Shown piece after piece: positions 12,047 to 21,340 of a stretch of DNA of 64,000 bases. Made by a program: the position numbers and the translations under genes. The stretch is taken from NCBI GenBank assembly GCA_963719495.1, contig CAVRCI010000013.1:480001-544000 (forward strand), in the 5' to 3' direction. Every line of letters starts with the position of its first letter. Position 1 is the stretch's first letter. The notes under the pieces are model-generated. The model saw only the letters and a list, made by a program, of their open reading frames with translations. It was not told the DNA's origin and did not search any database. Source of the stretch: an uncultured Verrucomicrobiae bacterium. Lineage in GTDB: Bacteria > Verrucomicrobiota > Verrucomicrobiia > Chthoniobacterales > JAATET01.

Positions 12047-12468
12047 GAAAGCTCGAGCGAGAAATTATCGGGGAACCCCTTCGGCAGCCGCATCGGCCGC
12101 CCTTCCGGCATCCGCACCAACGCCAACGCCTGACGACAGGTCACGAGCAGCGCCTCGTCGCGCGGACGCACGACCTCGAATTCGCAGAAAAACCGTACCT
12201 TCGACGACTCGGCGATCCTCCCATCGATCCGCACCACGTCCCCCAGCAACGCCGGCCGCCGGTAGTCGATCTCCGTCCGCGTCACGACCGGATGCACCTG
12301 AGTCCGCGCAATTTCCTCGAAGCTCATCCCCATTTGAATGGCCAGCTGCGTCCGCGCGATCTCGATGAACCGCAGGTAATTGATGTTGTGCACCACCCCC
12401 GCCGCGTCCGTGTCGAAATACATCACCTGCATCTCCGTGCGGATCCGCGTCTTCGGATTGTCGTCCAT
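12043..12468 (-). CDS. Acyl-CoA thioesterase (YbgC/4HBT hotdog fold)
   Basis: YFDTDAAGVVHNINYLRFIEIART; start taken at MDDNPK. Confidence 0.88.
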   Translation of the reverse strand: MDDNPKTRIRTEMQVMYFDTDAAGVVHNINYLRFIEIARTQLAIQMGMSFEEIARTQVHPVVTRTEIDYRRPALLGDVVRIDGRIAESSKVRFFCEFEVVRPRDEALLVTCRQALALVRMPEGRPMRLPKGFPDNFSLELS

Positions 12469-12776
12469 CGCCCCAAGTATGCGACCCACCCCCGCAACCT
12501 GTCCACCCCACAAGCAACCCATGGAGGGCGAGGCTCCCGCCAAGCCAAGGCGGCAAACAGGAATCACGATCTTCCAAACCCCGCCGCATCGGCAATCTCT
12601 CTGCGAGTGAGATTGAAAGTGCTTCCAAGGCTGAGCCTAAAGGTGCGAGCGAGATTGGGATCAGCGCGCCAGCCCGCGTCGAGCCGCGATTAAACCCTCC
12701 CTCGGGTGGCCGTGATACCACCCGCGCGGAGAAGCAAATCTCCGGCTAACCTCGATGTTGGCGGCGGAGCGCCCCA

Positions 12777-12834
12777 ACCAATCCATTACCTGGAAAATGT
12801 GACGGCCGTCACATTTTCCAGGTAATGGATTGGT
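12777..12834. repeat. Perfect 58-bp palindrome containing TGTGA-N6-TCACA
   Basis: accaatccattacctggaaaatgtgacgg|ccgtcacattttccaggtaatggattggt. Confidence 0.95.
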
Positions 12835-12969
12835 GGTCAGGTCCTCGGAAGAGCCCGGGCCTTACCGCTGGCGAGCCGGAGCTTGCCCGTCGGAAGGCCG
12901 CGGATCCGGGGGTCCCCGGACGGGGAGTGGCGAGCGAACGAATGAACGAACGAACGAATGAATCCGCTC

Positions 12970-13003
12970 CCGATAAAACGTAACGGCCGTTACGTTTTAT
13001 CGG
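12970..13003. repeat. Perfect 34-bp palindrome
   Basis: ccgataaaacgtaacgg|ccgttacgttttatcgg. Confidence 0.95.
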
Positions 13004-13296
13004 TCGACTCCGCGGGAATTGGGGGGGGTGTTTGGATGAGGCGGGAGACCCGATGCTGCGAGGCCTTGGACCGTGGCGATCTCCCACGGACTCGTCGCCA
13101 GCCTCCTGGCGTCCCCTCGGTCAGGCGTTCGTGGCGGTTACGAGATTCTTCTTCCGATCAGGACGCGCTTTCGATCACACCTTCTCTCCTCACCCCCCAA
13201 TTCCCCAATTGGGTGCAGGACAAAAATCTCTGAAAAAGCATTTAAGCGAGGTATTTTTACTGCCAAAGTATATGCGTTTACATATACGTTTGATTG

Positions 13297-13635
13297 ATGA
13301 ACCCAAATACCGCACCTCGTGCCATCCTTGATCAAATCGCGGCCATCGACCGCATGGAGCGAGGAAAGCTCTCGGTGATCCGTCAAGGCCAGAGCGGATC
13401 TTACTTCAATCTCCAGCGTAGGGAGGGTGGGCGAAACGTGACCGAATACGTCCCGGCCGATCAGGTGGCCCAAGCCCAGGAGAACATTGATGCCCATCAT
13501 CGCTTCCAGTCTCTTGTCGGCGAGTATGCGGACTTGATCACCGCGCAGAGCAGGCAGGATCGCAAGGCCGGGGCTAAAAAAAAACGCCCGACCCAAACAT
13601 CTGCCTCGCCCAGGAAGCGGAAATCCAAGACCTGA
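13297..13635 (+). CDS. IS accessory OrfA (DUF6788-like)
   Basis: MERGKLSVIRQG...YFNLQRREGGRNVTEYV...IDAHHRFQSLV; lies inside the IS upstream of the transposase. Confidence 0.75.
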   Translation: MNPNTAPRAILDQIAAIDRMERGKLSVIRQGQSGSYFNLQRREGGRNVTEYVPADQVAQAQENIDAHHRFQSLVGEYADLITAQSRQDRKAGAKKKRPTQTSASPRKRKSKT

Positions 13636-14936
13636 TCGCCGCGTTCCGCAGCAAAGAGCCAGCCGGAACTGCCGTCGCCGAGTTGGAAGTCCTCGTGCGC
13701 ACAGCCATCTTCAAACCAGCCAACGAACTGGTGGCCATGCTCCTGCAGCAAGCCGCCGAGCGCATTGACGCGGCCTACCTCCCCAAGCCCGGCGAACAAG
13801 CCAAGGGGCGCGAGGTTCTCATGGTCCAGGGCATGTTCGGCTCCTTCGCGCTGCTGCGCCAATACTACTACCATCCCGGGAAAAAATGCGGCCACTTCCC
13901 GGCCGATTCGGCCCTCGGTCTGGAAGGGGCCTACACCCCCGCCCTGGCCCGGCTCATCTGCTTGGAGGGAGCGGATGAAAGCAGCTTCCAGCAGGCTTGC
14001 TTCCACCTCGCGGAAACTGGCGGCATCTCCGTCTCCGAGCGCCAGATCCAGCGTGTGGTTGGCCGCACGGGCGAGTGCGCCGTGGCGTGGCAAAAACGAG
14101 AATCGGCCCCCGGCCCCTGCGAGGCCAGGATCCTCTACGTCAGCGCGGACGCCACCGGAGTGCCCATGCGCCGGGAAGAGCTCGCTGGCCGCAAAGGCAA
14201 AGCCCCCGACGCAAAAGCCAAAACCCGCATGGCCACGCTCGGTTGCGTCTTCACCCAGACCAAAGAAGATGACCAAGGTCGCCCCCTGCGCGACCACGAC
14301 TCCACCACCTACCTCTCCGCCTTCCAGAGCCCCTCGGACTTTGGAATCAGCCTGCGTCGCGAGGCCATTCGGCGCGGCTTGTTCTCGGCCCCGGAAACCG
14401 TCCTGCTCATCGACGGAGCCCCCGGCTTGGAAAAACTCGGGCACGATTACTTTCCGGATGCCGTCCAAATCGTGGACTTCTACCACGCCATGGAACACCT
14501 CCAGACCCTGATCGAAACCCTCTGGGGCAAAGCGGAGCAGGCCCGCAACAAGCGCCGCAGACATCACTGGAAAAAACTCCTCGCTCACGACGGGGTCGAG
14601 CGCATCATCAAGCAGGCGCGCCAGGAAGCCCTCCTTCGCGGCAATGTGGCACAGGTGGAAACCACTTTGGGCTACTTCGTGAACAACATCCCGCGCATGC
14701 AATACGGAACCTTCCGGGCCAGAAAATACTTCATCGGCTCCGGAGTCGTCGAAGCCGGCTGCCGCTCACTCATCGGAAAGCGATGCAAGCAATCGGGCAT
14801 GTTCTGGGGCGAGCCTGGCGCGGACAAAGTCCTCGCCTTCCGGTGCATCCATGCCAGCCGCAGAACGAACTCGTTCTGGAAATACCGCCTCAACTCACGC
14901 GCCGCTGAGAACGACACGCTCCCCCTCGCCGCATGA
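13578..14936 (+). CDS. ISKra4-family transposase, probably expressed by -1 frameshift from OrfA
   Basis: YVSADATGVP, LLIDGA, IVDFYHAMEHL, IGSGVVEAGCR, RCKQSGMFW; frame is open from the A9 run at 13576-13584. Confidence 0.9.
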   Translation, partial: KKTPDPNICLAQEAEIQDLIAAFRSKEPAGTAVAELEVLVRTAIFKPANELVAMLLQQAAERIDAAYLPKPGEQAKGREVLMVQGMFGSFALLRQYYYHPGKKCGHFPADSALGLEGAYTPALARLICLEGADESSFQQACFHLAETGGISVSERQIQRVVGRTGECAVAWQKRESAPGPCEARILYVSADATGVPMRREELAGRKGKAPDAKAKTRMATLGCVFTQTKEDDQGRPLRDHDSTTYLSAFQSPSDFGISLRREAIRRGLFSAPETVLLIDGAPGLEKLGHDYFPDAVQIVDFYHAMEHLQTLIETLWGKAEQARNKRRRHHWKKLLAHDGVERIIKQARQEALLRGNVAQVETTLGYFVNNIPRMQYGTFRARKYFIGSGVVEAGCRSLIGKRCKQSGMFWGEPGADKVLAFRCIHASRRTNSFWKYRLNSRAAENDTLPLAA

Positions 14937-15043
14937 TTTGAAGAATTTTGTCCTGCACCCTCCCCAATTCCACCCCCCAATTCCGCCGTTGACAACCCCT
15001 CCCCGCTCTGGAATCGTCCCCAACCCACGAATTCCCGAATCTC

Positions 15044-15217
15044 ATGAAACGCACCTACCAACCATCCAAGCGCACCCGCAAGCAACAGTTCGGCTTCCGT
15101 GCCCGGATGGCCACCAAAGGCGGTCGCGCCATTCTCTCCCGTCGTCGTCAGAAGGGCCGCAAGCGCCTCCTGCCGAAGGGCGTCGAGCTTCACTTCAAAC
15201 GTCACACCGCTGCCTGA
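15044..15217 (+). CDS. rpmH: 50S ribosomal protein L34, 57 aa (absent from the ORF track)
   Basis: [57 protein letters not shown]. Confidence 0.97.
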   Translation: MKRTYQPSKRTRKQQFGFRARMATKGGRAILSRRRQKGRKRLLPKGVELHFKRHTAA

Positions 15218-15584
15218 TTCGCGCCCGCTCCGGTTTCTCCGGGCGGCTCGATTAAATCAGAGCCACGAATTTTCCGCCGTGCGCGAGTGCGGCGAGACCA
15301 CCCAAGGCCGTTACTTCCGGGTGACGGTCCTTCGCTTTCCCGGCGAGGACTTCCCCGCCCGCATCGGCTTCATCACCTCCCGCCGCGTGGGCCCCGCCGT
15401 CGCCCGCAACCGGGTCCGCCGCCAACTCCGCGAGCTTTACCGCGTCCAACAACCCGACCTCGCCACCGGCGTCTGGATCGTCGTCGTCGGCAAGCGCGCC
15501 GCCACCGAAGCCGACTTCGCCACCCTGCGAGACGAATGGTTGCGTCTCGGCAGACGCCTTTCTATTGTCCCCAACCGCGAATGA
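15210..15584 (+). CDS. rnpA: RNase P protein component (start uncertain, CTG assumed)
   Basis: [25 protein letters not shown] (RNR motif); lies between rpmH and yidD. Confidence 0.92.
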   Translation: MPDSRPLRFLRAARLNQSHEFSAVRECGETTQGRYFRVTVLRFPGEDFPARIGFITSRRVGPAVARNRVRRQLRELYRVQQPDLATGVWIVVVGKRAATEADFATLRDEWLRLGRRLSIVPNRE

Positions 15585-15847
15585 AACACCTGCTCCTGGC
15601 CCTCATCTACGGATACCGCATCGTGGTTGTTCCGGCGCTGCGGTTCATCGTGGGACCCGGCGGCTCCTGCCGCTACCAGCCCACGTGCTCGCGCTACGCC
15701 ATCGAGGCCATCGAGCTCCACGGCGCCGCGCGGGGCGGTTGGCTCGCGCTCAAACGAATCTGCCGCTGCCACCCTTGGGGTGGAATCGGCCCCGACCCGG
15801 TGCCACCGGTCGCCCCCGTCGATCACCGCCCCCTCCGGCAGGGCTAA
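15581..15847 (+). CDS. yidD: Membrane protein insertion efficiency factor YidD
   Basis: [19 protein letters not shown]...[15 protein letters not shown]. Confidence 0.95.
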   Translation: MKHLLLALIYGYRIVVVPALRFIVGPGGSCRYQPTCSRYAIEAIELHGAARGGWLALKRICRCHPWGGIGPDPVPPVAPVDHRPLRQG

Positions 15848-15862
15848 ACTCCTCTTCACCAA

Positions 15863-17704
15863 ATGGATCGCAAAACCCTGGTCGCCATCGGCCTGTCAAT
15901 TCTCGCCTTCATCGCCTGGCAGTATTACTACAACGCCACCTATGGCGAATACCTCGACCAGCAGACCGCCGAGCGCGCCCGCCAAGCCGAGCAACAAGCC
16001 GCTCAGGCCGCCTCCGCCACCCCACCGCCCTCGGTCGCAGCGACGACCCCCGGGGTTCCCGCGACCAGCGCCACCGCCACTCCAACCCCCTCGGCCCCCA
16101 GGTCGACGATGGCCGCCCAGCGCGAGATCGTCAGCGCCGGCCCCGGTGCCGACTTCGAATTCAACAACGACCTCGGCGGCATCGACACGGCCATCCTGCT
16201 CCTCCACCTCGGCGAGAATCAGGAATCCGTTGGCATTAATCGTAACCTGCCGATTCCCATCGGCGCACTCGGTTTCGAGCCCGGCCAGCCCCTCGGCGGC
16301 TTCGAGATGAAAGTCGACCGCGTCATGCGGCGGGTCGTCTTCACCAACCAGCAACCCGACGGCCTCGAGATCAGCAAAACCTTCACCGTCTCCGATGGCA
16401 ACGCCGAAGTCTACGACGAGGAAGTCGCCTCCGATGACACCGCCCCCCGCAACGACCCCTACGTCGTCGACCTCGCCGTCACCTTCCGGAATACCGGCAC
16501 CACTCCCATCGCCCGCGATTCGTTCTATCTGAGCACCGGTGGTTCCGAGCCCATCCACGTCAAGGACCTCCCGACCTTCACCCGTTTCGACTGGTCGAAG
16601 GATGGCGAAATGGAGGACATCGACGTGAATTGGTTCGGCGGCTCCAGCATCCCGCTCGTCGGCATCTCGCTCCGCGAAGCCTCACCCCTCTACACCGGCG
16701 AGGCCGAGGCCATCCGCTGGGCCGCGGTCACGAGCCAGTATTTCTGCACGATCCTCACCGTCAACGGCGACACGGCCGGCAAGACCGTCACCGCCGAGCG
16801 CTTCGCGGTCCCGAACGACGAGGGCAAGACCATCTACGGCATGCGTGGTGCCCTCGGGATGCCTGGCTTCGAACTCGCCGCCGGCGAATCGACCACCAGC
16901 AAGTTCGAGATTTACACCGGTCCGAAGGATCTGACCCGTCTCCGCACCCTCGGCGGCACCCAGGAAGAGGTCATGAACTTCGGCATGTTCGGGTTCGTGA
17001 GCAAATTCCTGCTCTGGGCCATGAACCTTCTCCACGGCCTCTTCAACAGTTACGCCGCCGCGATCATCGTCCTCACGCTCTGCATCAAATCCGCCCTCTG
17101 GCCGCTCCAGAACAAGGCGACGAATTCGATGAAACGCATGTCGCTCCTCTCGCCGAAGATGACCGAGCTGCGCGAGAAGTATAAGGACGACCCGACCAAG
17201 ATGAACACGGAGCTCATGGGGCTCTACAAAAAGTATGGGGTCAATCCGTTCAGCGGCTGCCTTCCCATGCTCGTTCAGATCCCAATTTTCTTCGGTTTCT
17301 ACTCGATGCTCGGCTCCGCCATCGAGCTCCGCAACAGCTCGTTCCTCTGGATCAACGATCTCTCCCAGCCCGACACCGTCGGGCACTTCCTCGGATTCCC
17401 GATAAACCTTCTCCCGCTCCTGATGGCGGGATCCATGGTCTGGCAGATGGCCATCACGCCGAAGACCGGCGACAAGAACCAACAGCGCATGATGATGTTC
17501 ATGCCGGTCATTTTTGTCGTCTTCGCCTACAACTACGCGTCCGGTCTCTCGCTGTATTGGACAACGCAGAACATCTTTTCTATCGTCCAACTCTACCTCA
17601 CGCGAAACCAAGCCCTGCCGACCCTGGAGCCAAAGCCGCCCGCCGCCAAGCGCGGTCAGCCCGCTCCGGTTAAGAAAAAACGCCAGAAACGCTTCCTGCA
17701 ATGA
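15863..17704 (+). CDS. yidC: Membrane protein insertase YidC
   Basis: YTGPK, GCLPMLVQIPIFFGFY, FLWINDLSQPD, GLSLYW. Confidence 0.96.
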   Translation: MDRKTLVAIGLSILAFIAWQYYYNATYGEYLDQQTAERARQAEQQAAQAASATPPPSVAATTPGVPATSATATPTPSAPRSTMAAQREIVSAGPGADFEFNNDLGGIDTAILLLHLGENQESVGINRNLPIPIGALGFEPGQPLGGFEMKVDRVMRRVVFTNQQPDGLEISKTFTVSDGNAEVYDEEVASDDTAPRNDPYVVDLAVTFRNTGTTPIARDSFYLSTGGSEPIHVKDLPTFTRFDWSKDGEMEDIDVNWFGGSSIPLVGISLREASPLYTGEAEAIRWAAVTSQYFCTILTVNGDTAGKTVTAERFAVPNDEGKTIYGMRGALGMPGFELAAGESTTSKFEIYTGPKDLTRLRTLGGTQEEVMNFGMFGFVSKFLLWAMNLLHGLFNSYAAAIIVLTLCIKSALWPLQNKATNSMKRMSLLSPKMTELREKYKDDPTKMNTELMGLYKKYGVNPFSGCLPMLVQIPIFFGFYSMLGSAIELRNSSFLWINDLSQPDTVGHFLGFPINLLPLLMAGSMVWQMAITPKTGDKNQQRMMMFMPVIFVVFAYNYASGLSLYWTTQNIFSIVQLYLTRNQALPTLEPKPPAAKRGQPAPVKKKRQKRFLQ

Positions 17705-18156
17705 TCCAGACACCCAAGGAAATCCTCGACACGATCCTGGGCTACCTTGGTTTCGTCGCCGAAATCAAAGAAATGGACCGCGACGGCAGCCCCGTCCTCC
17801 AGGTTTACACCCAGGAAGCCGAGGCCCTCATCGGTCGGCAGGACCAGACCCTCGGCGACCTCCAATTCATCGTGAACCGGATCCTGCACATCCAGCAGCC
17901 CGATTCCCCCAAGGTCATCGTCGACGTCGAGCACCACCGCGACATGCGCGACGACGCCCTCATTCACAAGGTCCAGCAGCTCGCCGAAGGCGTTCGCCAG
18001 GGCGGCCACGCCGCCCAGACCGAGCCGCTCAACTCCTACGACCGCCGGATCGTTCACCAGGCCTTCGCCGAGGACCCCGACATCGAAACGTCCAGCCCAA
18101 AGGACGCCTCGAGAGTCAAGCGAGTCACCATCCGCCGAAGCCGCCCAGCGCCCTAA
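17701..18156 (+). CDS. jag: Jag/KhpB-like KH-R3H RNA-binding protein
   Basis: LIGRQDQTLGDLQFIVN, PLNSYDRRIVH (R3H); directly follows yidC. Confidence 0.85.
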   Translation: MIQTPKEILDTILGYLGFVAEIKEMDRDGSPVLQVYTQEAEALIGRQDQTLGDLQFIVNRILHIQQPDSPKVIVDVEHHRDMRDDALIHKVQQLAEGVRQGGHAAQTEPLNSYDRRIVHQAFAEDPDIETSSPKDASRVKRVTIRRSRPAP

Positions 18157-18173
18157 GCGCGCAGCGCTTCCGA

Positions 18174-18220
18174 AAAAGGTAGGGCAGCCGGGCCCCGGGT
18201 GCCGTGATCCTCTCACAGCG
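18174..18220 (+). repeat. GTAG-type REP, direct repeat of 19957..20004
   Basis: aaaaggtagggcagccgggccccgggtgccgtga..tcctctca. Confidence 0.8.
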
Positions 18221-18270
18221 GCAACGCATCCCCGCTGGATTCCAGTTCACGAAAGACCTAACGTCACCCG

Positions 18271-18723
18271 ATGCGCATCCTCCCCCTCCTCGCAATCTGC
18301 CTCGCCCTCGGCGGCTGCCTCGCCACCCCGGTCGGCAAATCCGGCGGCATGGGATCCGTCACCGTCCCGAACACCAACCGCCTCGCCATCGTCGACGCCG
18401 CGCAGGACATTTTCCCGGATTACGGCTACACCACCGGCCCCGCGAGCTTCCCGGAGAGCATCTCCTTCGACAAACCCGCCGGCACTGCCGGCCAGATCGC
18501 CTACGGCTCCTACGACGACCCGGCCACGATGCGGGTCCGCCTCACCCTCTCTCCGATCCCCGGCACCAACGACGTCCGCGTCAGCCCGACGGTCTTCAGC
18601 GTGAGCGACGCCAACGAAGCCGGCTTCGACGACCCCACCCGCCGCTCCCAACTCTTCGCCCTCGAGTTCAAACCAATCCTGAATCGAATCAAAGCCCAGG
18701 CCGCCGACGCCGGGCCGATGTGA
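18271..18723 (+). CDS. Hypothetical lipoprotein
   Basis: Signal peptide ending in an LGGC lipobox; native codon usage. Confidence 0.75.
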   Translation: MRILPLLAICLALGGCLATPVGKSGGMGSVTVPNTNRLAIVDAAQDIFPDYGYTTGPASFPESISFDKPAGTAGQIAYGSYDDPATMRVRLTLSPIPGTNDVRVSPTVFSVSDANEAGFDDPTRRSQLFALEFKPILNRIKAQAADAGPM

Positions 18724-18727
18724 CGCA

Positions 18728-19921
18728 GTGAAATCGATTTTACGCCAGCTTTTCGCCGTTTCACTGTTGATCGGCGGCAGTGGTGCGGCGACCGCCGCAC
18801 CGGGCGGCTACTTCGAGACCTCGTTCGAATCGAAAGAATCCTACCCGGGTGGCCCGCTCGCCAACCCCGACCTCCCCTGGCGCGTCCTCACGGGATCCGC
18901 CGAGATCGTCGAAGGCTCGCCGAGCGACGGCGCCCAATCACTCCGCCTCCCGCCCTCCGACCCGCTGGCCCGCCTGCGACTTCAGTCCCGCACCCTGGCC
19001 GCGTCGCCGACTCTCTTCCTCGACTTCTGGATTCGTCCTCCGGCCACCGACGTCGACGCCGAGTTCCTCGATTTCGACGGCGCGCTCGTCTCGTTTCGCC
19101 GCGTCACCGGCCCGGACCCGACGGGTGAAATCAGCGTCTTCCACGCCACCTCCGACACAGAGGGCTCCTGGATCGCCACCGGCCAAAGCTTCCCGCTCGC
19201 CGCCGACGGCCAGTCGAAAGATTGGATCCGCGTGACCGTCCTGCGGGACCACACGACCGGCAGCTGGCACCTCTACCTCGACGGGATCATCGCCTTCCAA
19301 AACGTCCGCGCGCTCCCAACCGACGATTCGTCCGTCCGCTCCATCTGGATTCTCGGCGACGAAGCCGCCCCGCTGGACCTCGACGATTTTTACCTCGGAG
19401 CAGCCAGCCCGTTTCTCCACCGTCCCGCGATCACCGCCAATCCGCCCCCAACCCTCCCCTCCCGCTCGACACTCCCCCAGACCATCGGGCCACGGGTGCG
19501 CCCGAACCGGGTCGATTGGAACCCGAAAAACCAACCACCCAGCATCCTCACCGAACCCGAACTTCGTGGCTACACCTTCGAAGGCAAACAGGGCGACGAC
19601 GTCAACGTCGCCAAGCGGGTCGTCAACTTCCTCGACGGCTCCGACAAACTCCACGTCGCCGCCTTCGGCCTCCGCCGCGACGAGGAAGGCAATCCGCTCC
19701 CCATGGACCTCACCTTCACCGCCGACGTCCAGCTCCGCCCCGGCACCGACCTCCGCCGCATCTTCTGGGAAGTCCGCACGCTCCCAAAAAGCTTCACCGA
19801 ACCCCGCATCGAAGGCGACCTCCTCCAGCGGGGCAACTTCGACGGAACTCTCGCCCGCGTCGTGACCGTCCCCGGCGAAGACGTCGCCAAAGGCCTGTCG
19901 GTCAACGTGACCGTCGATTGA
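18728..19921 (+). CDS. Hypothetical secreted protein, beta-rich (LamG/ConA-like N-terminal half)
   Basis: N-terminal signal peptide; WIRVTV..D...GSWHLYLDG and LDLDDFYLG strands. Confidence 0.65.
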   Translation: MKSILRQLFAVSLLIGGSGAATAAPGGYFETSFESKESYPGGPLANPDLPWRVLTGSAEIVEGSPSDGAQSLRLPPSDPLARLRLQSRTLAASPTLFLDFWIRPPATDVDAEFLDFDGALVSFRRVTGPDPTGEISVFHATSDTEGSWIATGQSFPLAADGQSKDWIRVTVLRDHTTGSWHLYLDGIIAFQNVRALPTDDSSVRSIWILGDEAAPLDLDDFYLGAASPFLHRPAITANPPPTLPSRSTLPQTIGPRVRPNRVDWNPKNQPPSILTEPELRGYTFEGKQGDDVNVAKRVVNFLDGSDKLHVAAFGLRRDEEGNPLPMDLTFTADVQLRPGTDLRRIFWEVRTLPKSFTEPRIEGDLLQRGNFDGTLARVVTVPGEDVAKGLSVNVTVD

Positions 19922-19956
19922 GAATCGAGGGCAAGCGCCCCAGCGCCCCAACCGTC

Positions 19957-20004
19957 AAAAGGTAGGGCAGCCGGGCCCCGGGAGCCGTGACATCCTCTCA
20001 GCGG
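19957..20004 (+). repeat. GTAG-type REP, direct repeat of 18174..18220
   Basis: aaaaggtagggcagccgggccccgggagccgtgacatcctctcagcgg. Confidence 0.8.
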
Positions 20005-20113
20005 GTCCAACCCCACGCCCACCCGTTGGCACGCCACCCAACTCGAACCCAAGCGCCCTTCGCGCCCCCGCGTCACCAATCAGCTCAGCCGGTAAACCTG
20101 AAAAGAAAATGAG

Positions 20114-20243
20114 ACAGGATTAACAGGATTAACGGGATGATCAGGAATGACTGATGAGGCGGGGATTGTTCACCCTCTGAGTGAGCGGGGACTTTGTTCG
20201 AAGTCACTGAAATTCAATCCCTTCAATCCTGGAAATCCTGTCC
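20114..20243. repeat. Inverted arms of degenerate 9-mer tandem repeats (ACAGGATTA / AATCCTG)
   Basis: gacaggattaacaggattaacgggat ... aatcccttcaatcctggaaatcctgtc. Confidence 0.7.
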
Positions 20244-20295
20244 ATTCCGGGATTTAGGTTAAAACGGAGGCCAGCCTTGACGATGCGGTGCGCAA

Positions 20296-20661
20296 TCACC
20301 CGGTCACCGAAGGGATCATGAGGGCGAACAGGAAGGTTGCGAGAACCGAAACGCCGAGACACCAATACCCCAACCGACGTTCCGGTCTCTGCTGAATTCG
20401 CAGAGCGACGATGGTCGCGACAAGCAGAACGAATCCAGTCAGACCGACGCTCGGATAGATCCAGCCGTATCCGTCGACGAACTCCAGATCCGCCCGAAGC
20501 ATCCAGCAGCCGAGCAGGATCGGGAAATCCAACATCGTCGTCGCGGCGAGCAAAAGAATCCGCGGCCCCAGGTCCGAGCCAAATCCCCGGTCGACGGGCG
20601 TGATGAGTTCGTCTTCGATCACGAAGCAATTTAGACATGGTTTTCGGCAAATGAGAAACAA
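20296..20661 (-). CDS. Small hypothetical membrane protein (3 TM), start uncertain
   Basis: Three hydrophobic stretches in the 121-aa ORF. Confidence 0.45.
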   Translation of the reverse strand: MFLICRKPCLNCFVIEDELITPVDRGFGSDLGPRILLLAATTMLDFPILLGCWMLRADLEFVDGYGWIYPSVGLTGFVLLVATIVALRIQQRPERRLGYWCLGVSVLATFLFALMIPSVTG

Positions 20662-20672
20662 GTCGGATATTC

Positions 20673-21340
20673 GAGGAAGGGGTCAGTCCGTTCAAGAGGA
20701 AGGGGTCGAGGAAGGGGTCAGTCCGGAATGGCACTGCTTTAAGCCAGTTTTCGGGGAGAAAGATGGAGGGAGATCCGCTGATTTGGTAGATTAAAGTGTG
20801 AGCAGCAACCAACCATTTCTCAGCGGATTCCCAACTCAAATATGTGGCAAAATGCGGCGGCGTCTGCAAGCGGTCATCGCGGAGCGACGGAGCGCATTGG
20901 CAGAGTCATCCATAGCGACCTACGCGCTGCAGTTTTCCCACATCCTGCCGGCCGATTTTTTGGAGTCACTCTCGCTCACGCAACGGGTTCGGCAGTATTG
21001 CAATGTGGTCGTCTTCTGGGTGTGGCTAAGGAAGGGGTCAGTCCGTTCAATGGTTCAGAATCGCCCAACGGACGGGCCCAGAGATCCCGCAGCATGTGTT
21101 TTGAACCAATGAACGGACTAACCCCTTTGAGACCCCTTTGACGGCGTGACGGCGCGGTCGGACGCGGGGACTGACGGGCAATTTCGGACGACCGATCGGA
21201 CTTAGCAGCCGAGCGTTGGGCGGCAATTTCTGAACCAATGCACGGACTGACCCCTTTGACGGACTGACCCCTTTGACGGACTTGAACCAATGCACGGACT
21301 GACCCCTTTGATGAACCAATGCACGGACTGACCCCTTTGA
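20673..21340. repeat. Cluster of GGGGTC-headed motifs (aaggggtcagtccgt[t/g]ca[t/a]tggttca), both orientations
   Basis: GGGGTC at 20679, 20702, 20714, 21034; GACCCC at 21131, 21249, 21266, 21301, 21330 (variant at 21120). Confidence 0.92.
20726..21029 (+). pseudogene. IS4-family left end plus truncated transposase N-terminus
   Basis: Begins gaatggcact like the IS at 25712; ORF from 20798 (NQPFLSGFPTQICGK...RVRQYCNVVVFWVWL) parallels the N-terminus of the 25720..27225 transposase and breaks off at a GGGGTC motif. Confidence 0.75.

Larger units (their letters stand above)
12605..13182 (+). mobile_element. MITE copy A (578 bp), homologous to 45476..45874 but with an expanded centre
   Basis: Ends gagtgagattgaaagtgcttcc / ggacgcgctttcgatcacacct; degenerate flanking repeat tctctctgc/tctctcctc; both arms align by eye to the 45.5 kb copy. 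Confidence 0.8.
13211..14960 (+). mobile_element. Complete ISKra4-family (Mutator-like DDE) insertion sequence, 1750 bp
   Basis: Terminal IR gggtgcaggacaaaa at both ends; 9-bp direct repeat tccccaatt at 13202-13210 and 14961-14969. Confidence 0.9.

Noticed and set aside
14960..15044. oriC/dnaA expected upstream of rpmH
   Set aside because: No dnaA gene and no TTATCCACA boxes seen. A TTGACA at 14989 has no well-spaced -10, so no promoter was called.
21101..21340. Possible CRISPR array from the ~29-bp repeats tgaaccaatgcacggactgacccctttga
   Set aside because: No regular unique spacers, units are truncated and directly abutting, and no cas genes are present.
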